Source of the DNA: Rhodosorus marinus CCMP1338
Taxonomy: Eukaryota; Plantae; Rhodophyta
DNA length: 64,000 bases
Direction of reading: 5' to 3'
Assembly (NCBI GenBank): GCA_029953675.1
Contig: JAMWBK010000001.1
Coordinates: 2,852,001 to 2,916,000, forward strand
Position numbers and translations under genes: made by a program. Of this stretch, positions 25,457-38,286 are shown piece by piece. The notes under the pieces were generated by a model. That model searched no databases and was not told where the DNA came from. It saw only the letters and a list, made by a program, of their open reading frames with translations. Positions within the stretch are counted from its first letter, which is position 1; every line of letters begins with the position of its first letter.

Positions 25457-26759
25457 AAACAAAAAACAACCATTAAACCAATTTTCTCCCGCGCAGTTTC
25501 CTATGGACAGCTTGTCCTCCCAAGTTTCTTTTCTTAATACATTGTTTGCGTCCTTTGAATGGGATGGGGTGGGGTTTGGATGACTTTGGTTTTGGGGTGA
25601 GCATACCTGACCCCTCATTGTAAATCGATTGACCTGATTATGTGGAAAATAATTGTGAACTTAGAGAGTATTGGTTAGACGTACAGAGGTTGGGTTTAAT
25701 AGGAACTCGTCGGGGATTGTGTACAGATTTTTTTTTGGGGGGGGTTACAGGAGCAGGAACAGACAACGTGGTTTTTTATGTTTTTTGAATATGTTATGGT
25801 GGGTAGGGGTGCAAAAATATGTTTTGGTAGTTAATTCATGTCCGTTTTTGCCATGTAGCCAATGATGAAGGCTTAGGGTCTTGAGGTGTAAGTAGTTATC
25901 CAATTAATATGCAAAAAAAAATTAATATGCTTTTTTGAGTGTTGTGTTTTGGTGGCGGTCGTCGTGCCAGTGTCTTAGCTCTCGGGCTCTCTGCTGACTT
26001 GGAACGACAATACTAGATGTAGCTACGGCTTGATTGTCTTCTGTTCATACTATCGTAATAACTACAAATTCTGCTCTCTCTGCTTTCTATCCATCAGATC
26101 AGATCTACTCGTTTGGGTCCTCCAAGCGCACATATGGGAGAGGTCACCGGGCGATTCACATCAGCTGATGTTTTGGGACGGACTAATGACCAGTCTCGGT
26201 AAGCTTTGTGCGTATTTCGTTTCTATTATTTCTCACCAAACTACCTGACAGCACCATCAACGAAACTCATCTTCCATCAATGTTGCACGCCGGTCAGTCC
26301 ATAGGATACAGCGGGACGTACTAAGATGCAATGATTGTCTGCGCCGAAAAGAGGGTTCTGAAAGCAGGCATTGTTACTGCTCCTCAGTCGAACACAGGAG
26401 CAGTTTGATCGCGGTCGTCATCACGTCAGTGCACCCTCTCTCAGGGTACGCTAAAGTCCCGGATTGAATTGACGAACAGAATGAGGAGCTCGTACATCCC
26501 GCAGATGGTCCACACTCAAATCCGTAGTCGAGAACCGACGTGCCATCTCTCTTCCCAAGTGGAATGTCATACAGAGCCGTCTGTACTGTTCCAGGACGCG
26601 TGGATTTGGAAAACCTGTTTAACCATGTTGATGGGTGTTGACCGCCTTGCTAAAAACCTCAGGGACCAAAAAAAAATTGGCATTGTGAATGACAGCCTGT
26701 CAAACTCAGAAGCAATCATGTTGGGGTACAAAATCCAAGCTGTACAAAAGTCCGGCTTT

Positions 26760-27400
26760 GGTTTGTTTACAACCAAGTCCTTCAGTCGAAAAAGGGACAC
26801 TATGCATCTCCTCAGCCAAAGAAAGAATCAGCCTGCTCATGCCCATCATCTACAAACCAAATTCCACATGGGAACTCATGGGCTAGACGCACTAAACCCT
26901 GAGCTGCACTACAGTCCAAGGAAGGCAGGATTTGGAAACCAAATCTTCAGTCGAGCAAGGACACACTATCGATACTGCTCAGTGGAACATAGAATCAGTC
27001 TGATCATCGTTATGTCTTCATCATCTAAACAAAATCCATTTTCCAAACTGATTCCAATATCGTGCTAGGAGACATCCCAGCTGCGCTACAATCCAGCCGG
27101 AGAGGGCTTAGAAACGCGCGTTATTTACAGCAAAAACCTTCAGTCGAGAAAGGATGAACTCTACACTCTCCTTAGGCGAAGAAACAATCATTCTGATCGT
27201 CGTCATCACCTACAACCAAAACCTGTAGCGGACCTGGCTCCGGGGGGAGCCTTAGCTGAGCCAAGTCCGAGGACCGTTTTTACGACCTAGTCCTTCAGTC
27301 CAGAAGGGCGGCACTATCCATCCTCCTCAGTGGAAGAGTGAACCATTCTGATCATGTTGCTCATCACCTAACCAGAAATCCATATCGACAATGATGGACA
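26760..27400 (+). repeat. Four degenerate 155-193 bp units, probably a decayed protein-repeat gene
   Basis: TTCAGTC anchors at 26781, 26946, 27139 and 27294. Shared translation LQS(R/K)xDxLSILLSxRxNHSDxxHHL, interrupted by stops and frameshifts. Confidence 0.6.
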
Positions 27401-27670
27401 AGGCATACTTCTCCAAAGCAAAATCCATCCGTCTGACATCGTCGTGATGATGACAATGAAAAAGGAAAATTTTCTTCCACGAAGAAAGATCGTTGTGGTG
27501 AAAAGTGGAAGAAGAAACCTTGACGGGGATTCAATAGATGATCATGAGTGAGGAGGAAGGCGGAAGAAGAAGGTAGCGAAGATGAACTAAGTGCCTCCGT
27601 CAGAAGGAAGAGCAAGAACAAGGCAGAGAAAAACCACGGCGGAAGAAAGAACGAGGCTTACTCGAATTTC

Positions 27671-27719
27671 TAGGGTTTTTCATAATGAAGTAGGGTTTTT
27701 CATAATGAAGTAGGGTTTT
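27671..27719 (+). repeat. 2.5 x 20-bp tandem repeat containing telo-box-like TAGGGTTT
   Basis: TAGGGTTTTTCATAATGAAG twice plus TAGGGTTTT, 57-105 bp upstream of the KEA start codon. Confidence 0.85.
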
Positions 27720-27775
27720 GGTTTTGGTGAATTTGGCATTGACTTGTGCCTATGCGAAGGGCGACCTGTTTAGAT

Positions 27776-30700
27776 ATGGATAGAGGTAGCATTTGTGGAT
27801 TTTCAGTGGCGGCTGTTGATAGAGTTCCATGTAGAGCGGGAGCTGTGACGAGCTTCAGACCGAGACCTGCCTATATGTCGAGTTTTGTGCCGAGAAGAGT
27901 GAGATCTGGAAGTGGGCTGGGGCTGAGTTCGTTTCAGCCGCCGAAGCGCTTTTCCTCGCGATCTTCGCGTGGATGGCAGTGTATAGATGTTGGGTTTCTC
28001 GGCGGATTAGAGGAGACAATCGAGCTTTTGATTGCTACAGCGGTTGTAGTTCCGGTCTTCAAGAGGTAAACGAGCGTCTACATCGGGGAATGAAAACAGT
28101 CTTTTTTTTTCTCACGAACGCAACGAAACGCTTGTCCTTGGTTGTACACAGATTCAACCTGTCACCGATTCTCGGCTTTCTTTCAGCGGGAGTGGCGTTG
28201 GGACCGCACGGCCTACGCGTGATAACGGACGTCGCTGACATCTCTCAGATCGCCGACATAGGCGTACTCTTTCTTCTCTTTGAGATGGGACTGGAGCTCT
28301 CCATCGACAGATTACGAAAGCTGAGAATCTACGCTTTCGGTCTCGGAACTTTACAGGTCAGAAAAACTCCCCGTCCGAACTCCTCACCGAAGACACCCCT
28401 CCAAACCCGGACGGGTTTGGTGTGCTAGCTCACGATGATCTGAAGAGCCCGGAACCCCAGTACAACAAGAGGCATTGACCTTTCCTGGCAATGAAGATGA
28501 TTAGTTTTCATTCATATTTAACCCTTTGTTTACAAAACATCCTGAGAATGTTTCGATGCGGGAATCAACATGTTCTCATTGAAATGATTCATTGCTACTT
28601 TACCCTTTTTGCGCTTCTGTTTTGGACCGACTTTTGATCAGACTCCGCGGTCTGGTCTCTCACGCTTGTTCATCCTCTCGTTCACTAACTCCGTATTCTG
28701 TACTTTCGGAAGCAGATGGCCTTCACGTCAGCAGCGCTGGCTGCAGGTGCTCTATTCATGGGTGCTGGAATATCCGAGGCCCTAGTAGTCGGAAGCTCGT
28801 TGTCTCTCTCTTCCTCGGCGTTTGTTTTACAGCTCCTCGCAGAGAGGAAGGAGCAAGCAACTCGCTATGCAACCGCCGCGTATGGTATTCTGCTGCTCCA
28901 GGATATCGCCGTCGTTCCGCTCCTTGTGCTTGTCCCGTTGCTGTCGACGACAGAGTAAGAGTATCCTTCCCTACTTTTCGGTTACTCTTAAGAAGACGAC
29001 TGACCGCATCCCGGGCTGGTGTCTTTTTGGTTGCTGTCCTCTCAGGTGGACTGGTTTTCGAGAGATTGAAGGTCTTTTTGTAGCAGTCGCTGCGACGGCG
29101 GCCAAGGCTCTTGCCGCGGTTCTCGGAGTTGTAAGTTGAAAACTCTCACAACTGCTTCACATCTCGTGTACTGGACAGTGAATGCGAGGTTTGCAAGCGG
29201 TATCTCAGAGAAGAAACTGCAGTACTGCTTTGACGGACGACCTTCGCGATACCTTCGCGTCCACTTCAGATGCCCTCGCCAAGCTAGAAGTCATGGATCA
29301 TATTGCTTTTTTCTGCGAAACTCAGAAACCGTTGGCGAAGGATCAGCTGTCTCGGTCACTGAACTCTCTACTCCATCCTTCTTCTCTTCCATGTTCCAGG
29401 TCGTTATCGGTGGAACAGTTCTTCGACCGGTGTTCCGCTTTGTCAGCGAGAGCAGGAGCTCGGAAGCTTTTACATCGGTCGTCTTGGCGACTGTCCTCGG
29501 GGCAGGTTTAATTACGGACGAGTAAGGGGCGAACGCACGTCCCGCGAAGGTTGCTCGCTGGAACCAGTTCTGAAAATCTGTGCTTGTGGCGCTCCTAGGC
29601 TCGGCCTGTCAATGACTTTGGGAGCGTTTATCGCGGGTGTCCTGCTGTCTGAAAGCTCCTATCGATCCAAAATCAAGGTCGATATAGAACCATTCCGCGG
29701 GCTTTTGCTGGGTTTATTTTTTATAACGACAGGGATGAGCATGGATATCTCCGTGTTCGCGGAGCAGCCCCTTGAGGTGAGGATTGTCTTGACTCCCCCT
29801 TCCAGCCGGATTGCTCAGTTTACTCGGAGCTGAATGATTGCTCTCCGTTTCGATGTTTTCAACAGATCACTGCTCTGATCGTGAGTCTGATAGGTGTCAA
29901 AGCTTCGACCCTCGCGTTGCTTTCATTGCCGTTCAACTTGACCACGGCGGAGTCCACAAAGCTCGGGTTGATCCTCGGACAAGGAGGAGAATTTGGTTTT
30001 GTTATCTTCGCGCTTGCGAACAAATTGGTGAGGATTTTTGAACTCCAGAACTCCGAGCCGTTCGCCTTTGGACACGCCCTCTTAAGTCAATTCACCCTTC
30101 CGCACCTCCCAAACAATAGGGCTTCCTTCCTGACGACGTGAACAAGATTCTCGTTGTCGTGATCGTATCCTCCATGGCGTTGACCCCCGTGATGGCTGAG
30201 GCTGGCGCAAGATTGGTAAGATGTAGAATTCAGTTATCAAAAGTGCGATCTCTCAGTCCGACGGAGTCTGAAGTTTCTGCTTTTTCTCCCCCAAAAGGCG
30301 CCGATTATTCAAGCGACCTTACCTTCTAAAGAGACAGAAACTGGTGCGGAAGTCGTCGTCCCTTCGCAAACTCTACTGCAGAAGGATGTCGTCATCATTG
30401 TAGGTAGGCGAAGCTCCACGAACTTGTGCTAGCTACGCCTATGAGTGCTCTTAGTAAGCCTGTTCAGCGAGGTGGCCCTAACCTAACGAATGGATTGATC
30501 GGACAGGATACGGCACAGTAGGAAAGGTCGTTGTTGACATGCTGACAAGAAAGTTTATACCTTTCATTGTCATCGATCGAAATGAGGATCTGATTCGGGA
30601 TGCATCTGTACAAGGTCTGTTGAAAGCGGTTGGGAATGTCACTATTACTACCATCAATTGCCTTGCTCTGATAGCCTGCTTGTGTCCGTCCGCCCCGAAC

Positions 30701-31460
30701 AGGACTGCCGTGCGTATGTGCTGATGCTGAGAAGCCGGACTTCATCTGCGAAGCTCAAGTGTCTTCTCCAACAGCTGTGGTCTTAACAATGAACTCCGTA
30801 AGCTGCTCGGTTTTCTAATTTGCTAACCTTCCTCGGCAACGGTCGTGGAAATACGTCGAGCTGAGAAGCGTGTGAAACGTTTGCTTTTGTGTGTTTACTT
30901 GTTCGTAGGCTCGTATTGCGATTGACGTGGTTGCTAATATCCGATCGGAAATTCCGGAAGTTCCGATTTATGTTCGTGCACATGATATTGAGAACATGAA
31001 GCAACTATCCGACCTCGGAGTGGTTGCTACGTGAGTCTTTCTTGAAGAGTTGGACGTAGGAAATAGACGTAGATGTCGAAGCTCATTGAACTGGGGTTAC
31101 GTTTTTGTGCATATGTTAGGTACCCTGAAACGTTCGAAACAAGCTTATTGTTAGGTCAAAGAGTACTGAGAGGGTATGGGATCGCAGCGCAAGACGCAAA
31201 GGCGATTGCGAAAGTGGTACGCAGACCCTCCGGTTCCCCATTGGTACGCTAAGTTTGCTCATATGGTGCTTATGCTTCTTTTGTGTCTAACCTCACAATA
31301 GCTTCGGAACGAATGGGTTGGTGAGGAAATCGATGAGAATTACGGCAAGGAAGCATCTCCTGCCGAGCGGGACGACTCCCCCAACAAGGAACCCGCGAAG
31401 CTGGTGGTCGCGGAGAGTGAGAAGCAACACGACCATCAGTCTGATCAAAGGAAGGAGTAG
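27776..31460 (+). CDS. KEA3: KEA3/KefC-like K+/H+ antiporter (CPA2) with C-terminal KTN/RCK domain, plastid-targeted, 14 exons, ~687 aa
   Basis: Exons 27776-28065, 28152-28356, 28716-28954, 29046-29130, 29400-29521, 29599-29776, 29866-30027, 30120-30215, 30298-30403, 30507-30614, 30703-30797, 30909-31030, 31120-31216, 31302-31460, phases consistent. Motifs: [65 protein letters not shown]. An alternative ATG lies at 27752; exact KEA orthology is uncertain. Confidence 0.9.
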
Positions 31461-32178
31461 TCTGTGTCTATGTATGTGGTGGTTAGAACTGATCCCTTTT
31501 TCTGCTTTACGCTTTAGCGAGCGGTGCGCGTGCGTGTAACCTTGTTCCGATTCCTTCAGCGGAAGGAACTCGCCCTTACCATTGTGCTAAAAGTTGATCC
31601 CGAAGAGCCCAGTAGAATAGTAACTTATCTCAGCTCGCTTTGCTGAGATTCGAATGAGTATGTACGATTATTATGATGAACAGAAGACAAGAACAAAAAC
31701 AAAGCAATGAAATAAACAGGAGAAATAGTTATAAAAACGGCACCGAATTCGCATCGCTCACAAACGACACGGCGCCTCCCGTTCCTCCGTCCTTGCGGGC
31801 TTCACGAGATAGCTCACGCCTTCGACAAACCACTTGCGCGTGGCTATCAGCGCAGCTGAGGTACGGTCCACAAGGGCTACCCCAGGCCACTTCAGGTCCT
31901 AAAAGAAAAAACCGGGCCCAATGCGTCACCGATCCAAAGTGATGTAGGCTCCGTCTCTTATCATCAACGACTGCGGTCAAGGTCGATTTTCGGCCAGGAG
32001 TTAGTGACCTCTCCCAGCTCGTCCAAGCTAATGCCACGTCCTGCTTAACAGCTTTGCAGGCCTAGTGCTTGTCTCACATCATGGTCAGCAGCGATCCAGC
32101 GAACTACCCTGTGCGTCGCGTGCTTGGATTTGGGAACCCTCTACAACCTCGGGTTCTGGCGAAGATAAACCGGCGCAG

Positions 32179-33717
32179 TTACTTCGATGGCTTCGCGGCC
32201 AACTCCTTTGATCTTAACAGCAGCGCTTTGACGTCCTTGAAAACCAACTTCGGGTTGACTTTGAAGATCTTCACCGCTCGTCCTCCCATGGACTGGACAT
32301 TGTCAATCGAGGCCCAGGTGGGTACCTCCTCTGTCAAACTCCAGAGCTGCTTCTGTAGCTCGTCTCTGGTCCAGGCTTCTCTGTGAGTTCTTGAGAGTCT
32401 GTCCACCAACGCGGATAGTTCGATTCTCGACTTTGACCCGATGATTGGCCTCAGCGCGTCCAGGGTGATGATCAGTCTTGAAAGATTCAGACATCGCTTC
32501 TCCATTTCATCTTGCCCAGACTCTTCCCGTTCCTGCTTTTTCCTTTGCCTGCTTCGAACCCGTTCGAGAAGAGATGACGGAACTAGCTTGACCTGCTGAC
32601 CTGGAGACGCCGAGGAGGAATCCCCAATATCCGGACTGGGTGGCTGCTCCTCTGCTGTGCATGTTTGTAGAGTCTGCGCTCCGAATTTGCTGCGCAGGGA
32701 CGTTTGTGAATCAGCCGTCTGAGAACTGTTCACCGGCTCATCCTCGTCCTCATCGTGATCAAACTTAAGGGTCGCTGGCCCGAGCTCCGGTGCAGTCTCC
32801 ACGTCGAATTTTGGGTGCCACGCCACGCGTGTTTTCCACTGCTCGCGCTCCGCGGTGCTCAGCGGCTGCAGAAACTCGTCATACGCATCGTGCAGCTTCT
32901 TGAGCAGCCTTGAATGGAGTAGGTGCCGTCTCGGTGCCAGCCGTTGTGCGATCCTTGCCGATCCTCCGGTTGGATCGAGTAGTTCGATTTCAATATCTCC
33001 CTCTTGGCTCGATCGCTTATGCCTCACGCGCGTTAGACGAAACGCCTCTGGAATCAAACTCACAATAACAGCAAGGTCCTCTTTCTTGAAACTGGATCGC
33101 GTCTGCCTGGACACCGTATCGACAATATTCAAAAACCGCATCCGAGACTGCTTCCGAGACCGGTTCACGACGTTTGCTGTTTCAATTGCGTCCAGTGCAT
33201 GGAGTAGTTTCTCGTACTTTGCAGGTAGAAGCGATCTATCATATGACAGGGGGTCAAGGTTGCCGAATTCGAGCTTTCCAGTGGGTGCGCTGAGGTGCTC
33301 TGTTCGATCGATCGTTTGCACAACTTGCTCATGAGCTTTGGGAATCTGCTTGACCTCTGCCTTTTTTTGTGGTCTCTTCTTCGTTGGTTTGACAGTGTCG
33401 AATACTTTCTTCAACACGTTTGGCTGCTGCTGGTAATTGCCCATGGATTCGTTCAGCTTTGTGCTGAGCTTGGAAGACAGCCCCCCTGGAAGCACATTGG
33501 TTCGTTTCTCTTCACGTTGTCTCAGGATGCCTAGAAGCCCTGCACTCGAGGGCTCCTCGGACGGTTTCCAGGCATCGGACGCGTTTTCAATGCTAACCTG
33601 CGCAGCAGGCTGCTTGGATTTCTTTTCATTAACCCGACGACGTCGTTTCGCTCCCTTCCTGTAGAAGTCTGTAATCTCCACTTGAGATTCTTGGCCACGT
33701 TTTTTTGCTGCGCCCAT
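32179..33717 (-). CDS. CDT1: DNA replication licensing factor Cdt1, intronless, 512 aa
   Basis: N-terminal PIP-like QVEITDFY, middle domain LPAKYEKLLHALDAIET...SFKKEDLAVIVSLIPEAF, WHPKFDVE, LVPSSLLERVRSRQ, and a C-terminal winged-helix-like region. Confidence 0.88.
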   Translation of the reverse strand: MGAAKKRGQESQVEITDFYRKGAKRRRRVNEKKSKQPAAQVSIENASDAWKPSEEPSSAGLLGILRQREEKRTNVLPGGLSSKLSTKLNESMGNYQQQPNVLKKVFDTVKPTKKRPQKKAEVKQIPKAHEQVVQTIDRTEHLSAPTGKLEFGNLDPLSYDRSLLPAKYEKLLHALDAIETANVVNRSRKQSRMRFLNIVDTVSRQTRSSFKKEDLAVIVSLIPEAFRLTRVRHKRSSQEGDIEIELLDPTGGSARIAQRLAPRRHLLHSRLLKKLHDAYDEFLQPLSTAEREQWKTRVAWHPKFDVETAPELGPATLKFDHDEDEDEPVNSSQTADSQTSLRSKFGAQTLQTCTAEEQPPSPDIGDSSSASPGQQVKLVPSSLLERVRSRQRKKQEREESGQDEMEKRCLNLSRLIITLDALRPIIGSKSRIELSALVDRLSRTHREAWTRDELQKQLWSLTEEVPTWASIDNVQSMGGRAVKIFKVNPKLVFKDVKALLLRSKELAAKPSK

Positions 33718-35847
33718 CTCGTGGCAAATCCCTAGCCTCTTCAGAGAATGAGACGCGAAAGCGGAATGACCCAGGCCGAGCAAGAGACTACCTACCCTCG
33801 ACAAGCGGGAATCACACAAGCTCCAATACCTTGCCCGCACTTCTCGTCACCGAAACGAAATTTTGTCGAATCCTCCATTCACAGCAGATTCGCTCCAGCT
33901 CCACGTGATTACAAAACGGAAATAGAAAAGCCACTGCAGCAAACTGTCGAGCTCCACACAGGGCACCACCCGAAACAGTTTTCAGGCACCCAATCGCACC
34001 CATAAAGCTTTTCACGAAGGGAAAATCAATCTGTAACGTACTTCCTCTCCTCGCCTACCTCTACCGATCGGTTCCACAGCCAAGTAAGTCTCCCGCGGAA
34101 ATAATCCAATCCCAACTCGAACGGCTGACATATCCAAAAATTAATATTTTCAAGCTTTTTAATCCAATTATCATGTTTCCCGCATTTATATTTATAATAT
34201 TTTGTATCTTTCAACGCACATGTCCCTTTTTGATATCTAATTATTTATATCAATAGCGAATCCCATACTAGTTTCGGTATTACTTATTTATGGCGTAATA
34301 TGATTCGTAGGACTTGTCAGCCTAATTGTTCATTTTGGAGATAGGTGCAAACTACCAATTATAAAACGGCACGTGTGTTTACATTTCATGCGTTCGTTTA
34401 TCGAATCGATTGATCCATCGAGTTACGCGGCCGTGAGTAGAGAATGTAGTTGTGGTAGTTGTTCGCGGGATGAAAGGTGCCTACATGCTGACAGTCACGG
34501 CCAAAAATTTGTCTACGGTGCACGGATGGATGGTGGCGTGTTTTGAAGGGTTTGTGGATAGGGTCATTGCATAGTCCTGCGCTTTCCCTAGCCATGTGCA
34601 TGGAAGGAAACGTTGGGGGAAGATGCTCGTTTTTGTGTGCTCAAGCAGGAGCTGCTTGTCGATTTGAGACTCTGGTTTATGAGACTTAGGCAGCTCTGAA
34701 TCGTGAATGGCTGCGAACGTTTGAGCCCGCTGGGGAGGCCCGCTTCTGGTGAATGAAGATATTCAGCGTGTACGCTTGACCCTGCCAATCCTTCAAAACG
34801 AAAACAGATCACAACGACGATATCGATCCATCAGCGTCCGCTTGGGAGTGACAGTGCCAGGACTCCCAGCGGGAACAAGCTTGTGCTTTACCAACCCATC
34901 CACCAGCGAAGATATTCTTCTATCAAGGGGCACCTTGTAGTACGCTCACCTCCTAACCTCAAAAGGCCAGCGACAAGCCCGTTCTGACCCCATATTGAGC
35001 ACATCAGAAAAAAAAAAAAAAGAAACCCACACAAAACTCTGCCACTCATTTCCATCAAAAGCCCTGACCACAAAGAAGGCCCACAAAAATAGCTCAAAAA
35101 CAAACAAAAAACAAATAAACCGAGTAAAACCACCTCGGGTCAGTCATTTCAGTAAACAAATAAAACAACCCCACGTGTCTTTTAATTTTTTCTATTCGTT
35201 AATCAATCCAATTATGCAACGAGTGATTAATTCCACTGGACACCGAGCTGTTAAAACGGAAAAAGGGGAGAGATATTTTTCGAAAATGTGGGATGATACC
35301 CCCCTTACATGCACAGTATAAATTCATTTCTAGAGATTAGTTGAAAAATAATTTAGCTATGCCCCGTGAAAAAAGAAAATATTACCTGGGGTACTTTCTG
35401 GAGCGTACATTACTATTCGGTACGGGGTGGAATGGGGGGTTAAAAAAATCTATATATCGCGAGAGTTCGATAGACAAAGTTTTATTCATTATATGAAAAT
35501 AGTCACACGCGATATATCCTTTGGACTAGGTGACAGGTAAAAACCAGATTGAAATATGTTGTAATATAGTACCCTCCCCTACTGGATATCTAAATAGGTA
35601 ATAAAAGTTGAATTATTGTGGGGTTTTGGATACATACCCTTAGTAGAAACATGTATTTTAGATCAGTGAGGAATTTTAAGAGTCGAAAGACTAGATGGCA
35701 TTAAGCGGTCGGGCATGAATGGACGGGGGGAGAAGTATACTTGAACATGAGCTGTTAGAGGTTGGCAGGATTTTTTTGCGGGTGGGGTGGGGGGTGTTGG
35801 GCCTATTTTTTTGAGAAGTTCTTGTTATTTTGGTTGTGGGACACATC

Positions 35848-37025
35848 ATGACGATCTTGGAGGAGGTTGGCGCTGGTGTGATTACTGGAGAAAAGGTGAT
35901 CAAGGTGTTTGAGCACGCACAGGCACATGGGTACGCGATTCCAGCGATCAATGTGACGTCGTCGTCGACGGCGAACGCGGCGATGGAGGCCGCCAAGGAG
36001 CTCAACTCGCCGATTATCCTGCAAGTTTCGAACGGAGGAAGCGCCTTCTTCGCTGGAAAGGGCATCTCTAACACAAACCAAGCGGTACGTGAGGGGTTTC
36101 AATCATGATAGTTTGACCAATATCGGTCTGGGGGACTTTGGATTCACGCTTGTTAGCCGACTCGTTCCAAATTCATTAGGCCGCAGTCGCCGGGGCCGTT
36201 GCTGGAGCTTTGCACATCAGGGCAATGGCCAAGCACTATGGCATTCCGGTTATTCTTCACTCTGACCATTGCGCCAAGAAACTGCTTCCATGGTTCGATG
36301 GTATGCTCAAGGCCGACAAGGAGCACTTCGCAGCCCACGGAGAGCCGCTTTTCAGCTCCCACATGCTTGATCTCTCGGAGGAAATCGACCAGGACAACAT
36401 TGAGACATGCGTTCGTTACATGAGGGAAATGAAGGAGATAAACTGTTTCCTCGAGATGGAAATCGGAATCACCGGTGGAGAGGAAGACGGCGTCAACAAT
36501 GAAAACGTTGACGTCGACAAGCTGTACACCCAGCCCGAACAGGTCTTCGCGGTGTACGAGGCTTTGACCGCCGTTGCGCCGAAGATGTTCTCAATTGCCG
36601 CCGCCTTTGGCAACGTCCATGGCGTGTACAAGCCCGGCAATGTGAAGCTCAACCCCGGAATTCTCGGCAAGCACCAGGCCTACATTGCTGATAAGATTAA
36701 CTCCGAAGGTAAGCCTGTTTTCCTGGTCATGCACGGTGGTTCCGGATCCACCGCCGAGGAGATCGCAGAGGCCGTGACGAACGGCATCGTGAAGATGAAC
36801 GTTGACACGGATACCCAGTGGGCGTACTGGGTTGGCATTAAGGACTTTTACGAGGCCAAGAAGGGCTATCTTCAGGGCCAGATCGGAAACCCAGATGGCC
36901 CTGAGAAGCCCAACAAGAAATTCTACGATCCACGTGTGTGGGTCCGAGAGGCCGAGAAGACCATGAACGCTCGTGTGAAGGAGGCCTGTGAGAGACTGAA
37001 CAACGTTGGCACCCTTGCCAAGTAG
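35848..37025 (+). CDS. FBA: Fructose-bisphosphate aldolase class II (yeast/E. coli subtype), no transit peptide, 2 exons, 360 aa
   Basis: Exons 35848-36084 and 36180-37025. YAIPAINV, LHSDHC, FSSHMLDLSEE, LEMEIGITGGEEDGV, FGNVHGVYKPG, MHGGSGS, KMNVDTDTQWAY. Confidence 0.97.
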
Positions 37026-38171
37026 GCGATAGTTTGTAGATGATCGATGCTTCCTTTCCGACTGGAAATGAAGGAGATAAGTCTAGGAACACGGAATAAA
37101 CCATATTCGCTTCTTGTAGACCCGGCCCCAAAAACCCGTACCAATGTTACGCAGATCTTCTGCAGAGGGCGCATGTAGTTGTGACTGACCCAGATCTTTG
37201 ATATCTGATCCCCCTCTGTAAACCTCCAAGAACCGCTTCATTTCCTAGTCCCTTAAACAAATCGGTCTTCGTGCGAAAATCCAATCCGTGTGGAAAAGCC
37301 CGCGGATTGGATTTTCGTAGAGTTCGATCCTTCACTCTTCTCTGTCCTTCGAGGTGATTCGAAGGTTTCGCTCTGCTCTTGTAGCGCTACAATCTGAGTC
37401 CAATTGGACCGCTAGGAGGCAACCATCCTCCGGACCAACGCATGTCGCAGGGGGTTTGATTTTCCTCGACAACAACGACCATCACCCAATCTAATTATTA
37501 CGATTATTCATTAATCACTTGATTGCGCTGGTTCTTCAGCGGAAAACTGAAATAATAAAGACAAACCTCCAAACAACCCGTCTGTTCGACTTGATAATTG
37601 GACTAAATCCTGTAGATAAGCCAATATAAATAATAATTTTTTGTACGTTAGCACATTTCATTGGCCTTTATCCAAGCGAGTAACCAATCAATACGAGCTT
37701 CTCCGCCTCATCTGTTTATTTATTAGCCCCATTCAATATCTAGAATGAGCACTAGGAACCGCTCGTTGCACAACCACATTCTTTTCGTCATCGCCAAATA
37801 CAGTCTATTCAGGATAATATATATTAAATATTCACGATAAAAATCAGTCAAAATTAGAAATAGACTGAATATCTCCTAGACTGCCATCAGAGGCAAACCC
37901 AGCTCGCTCTAGAAGTTGTGAGCTATTCTCACTCCTCAACCCGCTTGAATAGGAACACCAGATCTTTTCACCACCAGCGGCGACCTTTTTCTTGTCTTCG
38001 TCAGGGCGTTGTTCGAAGTGAACTTGCCACCCACCCTTTGTCTCCCGTGCAGAGGGGGGTAAGAGAGCAGGGGCATATACGCCGGGAAGGTGGAAAAGTC
38101 CAAACGCTGCTGGCAAAGAGAATCAGAGAAGACAAAAAGCCCACCAGCCACACCTCTCTTGCCAAACACGA

Positions 38172-38195
38172 ACACACACACACACACACACACAC
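38172..38195 (+). repeat. (CA)n microsatellite
   Basis: About 12 uninterrupted AC units. Confidence 0.9.
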
Positions 38196-38286
38196 TAAAA
38201 AATAGAAGATCCTTCACTCATGCCAGCCGCGCACTATCAACCGCCACCCTCCCCAACCAATGGACCAAACTCTGCTTTCACAACTA

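Noticed and set aside
28357-29399. Hidden cassette exons in the two long KEA introns (28357-28715, 29131-29399)
   Set aside because: The CPA2 transmembrane alignment is continuous without them, and I found no frame-preserving exon with family similarity.
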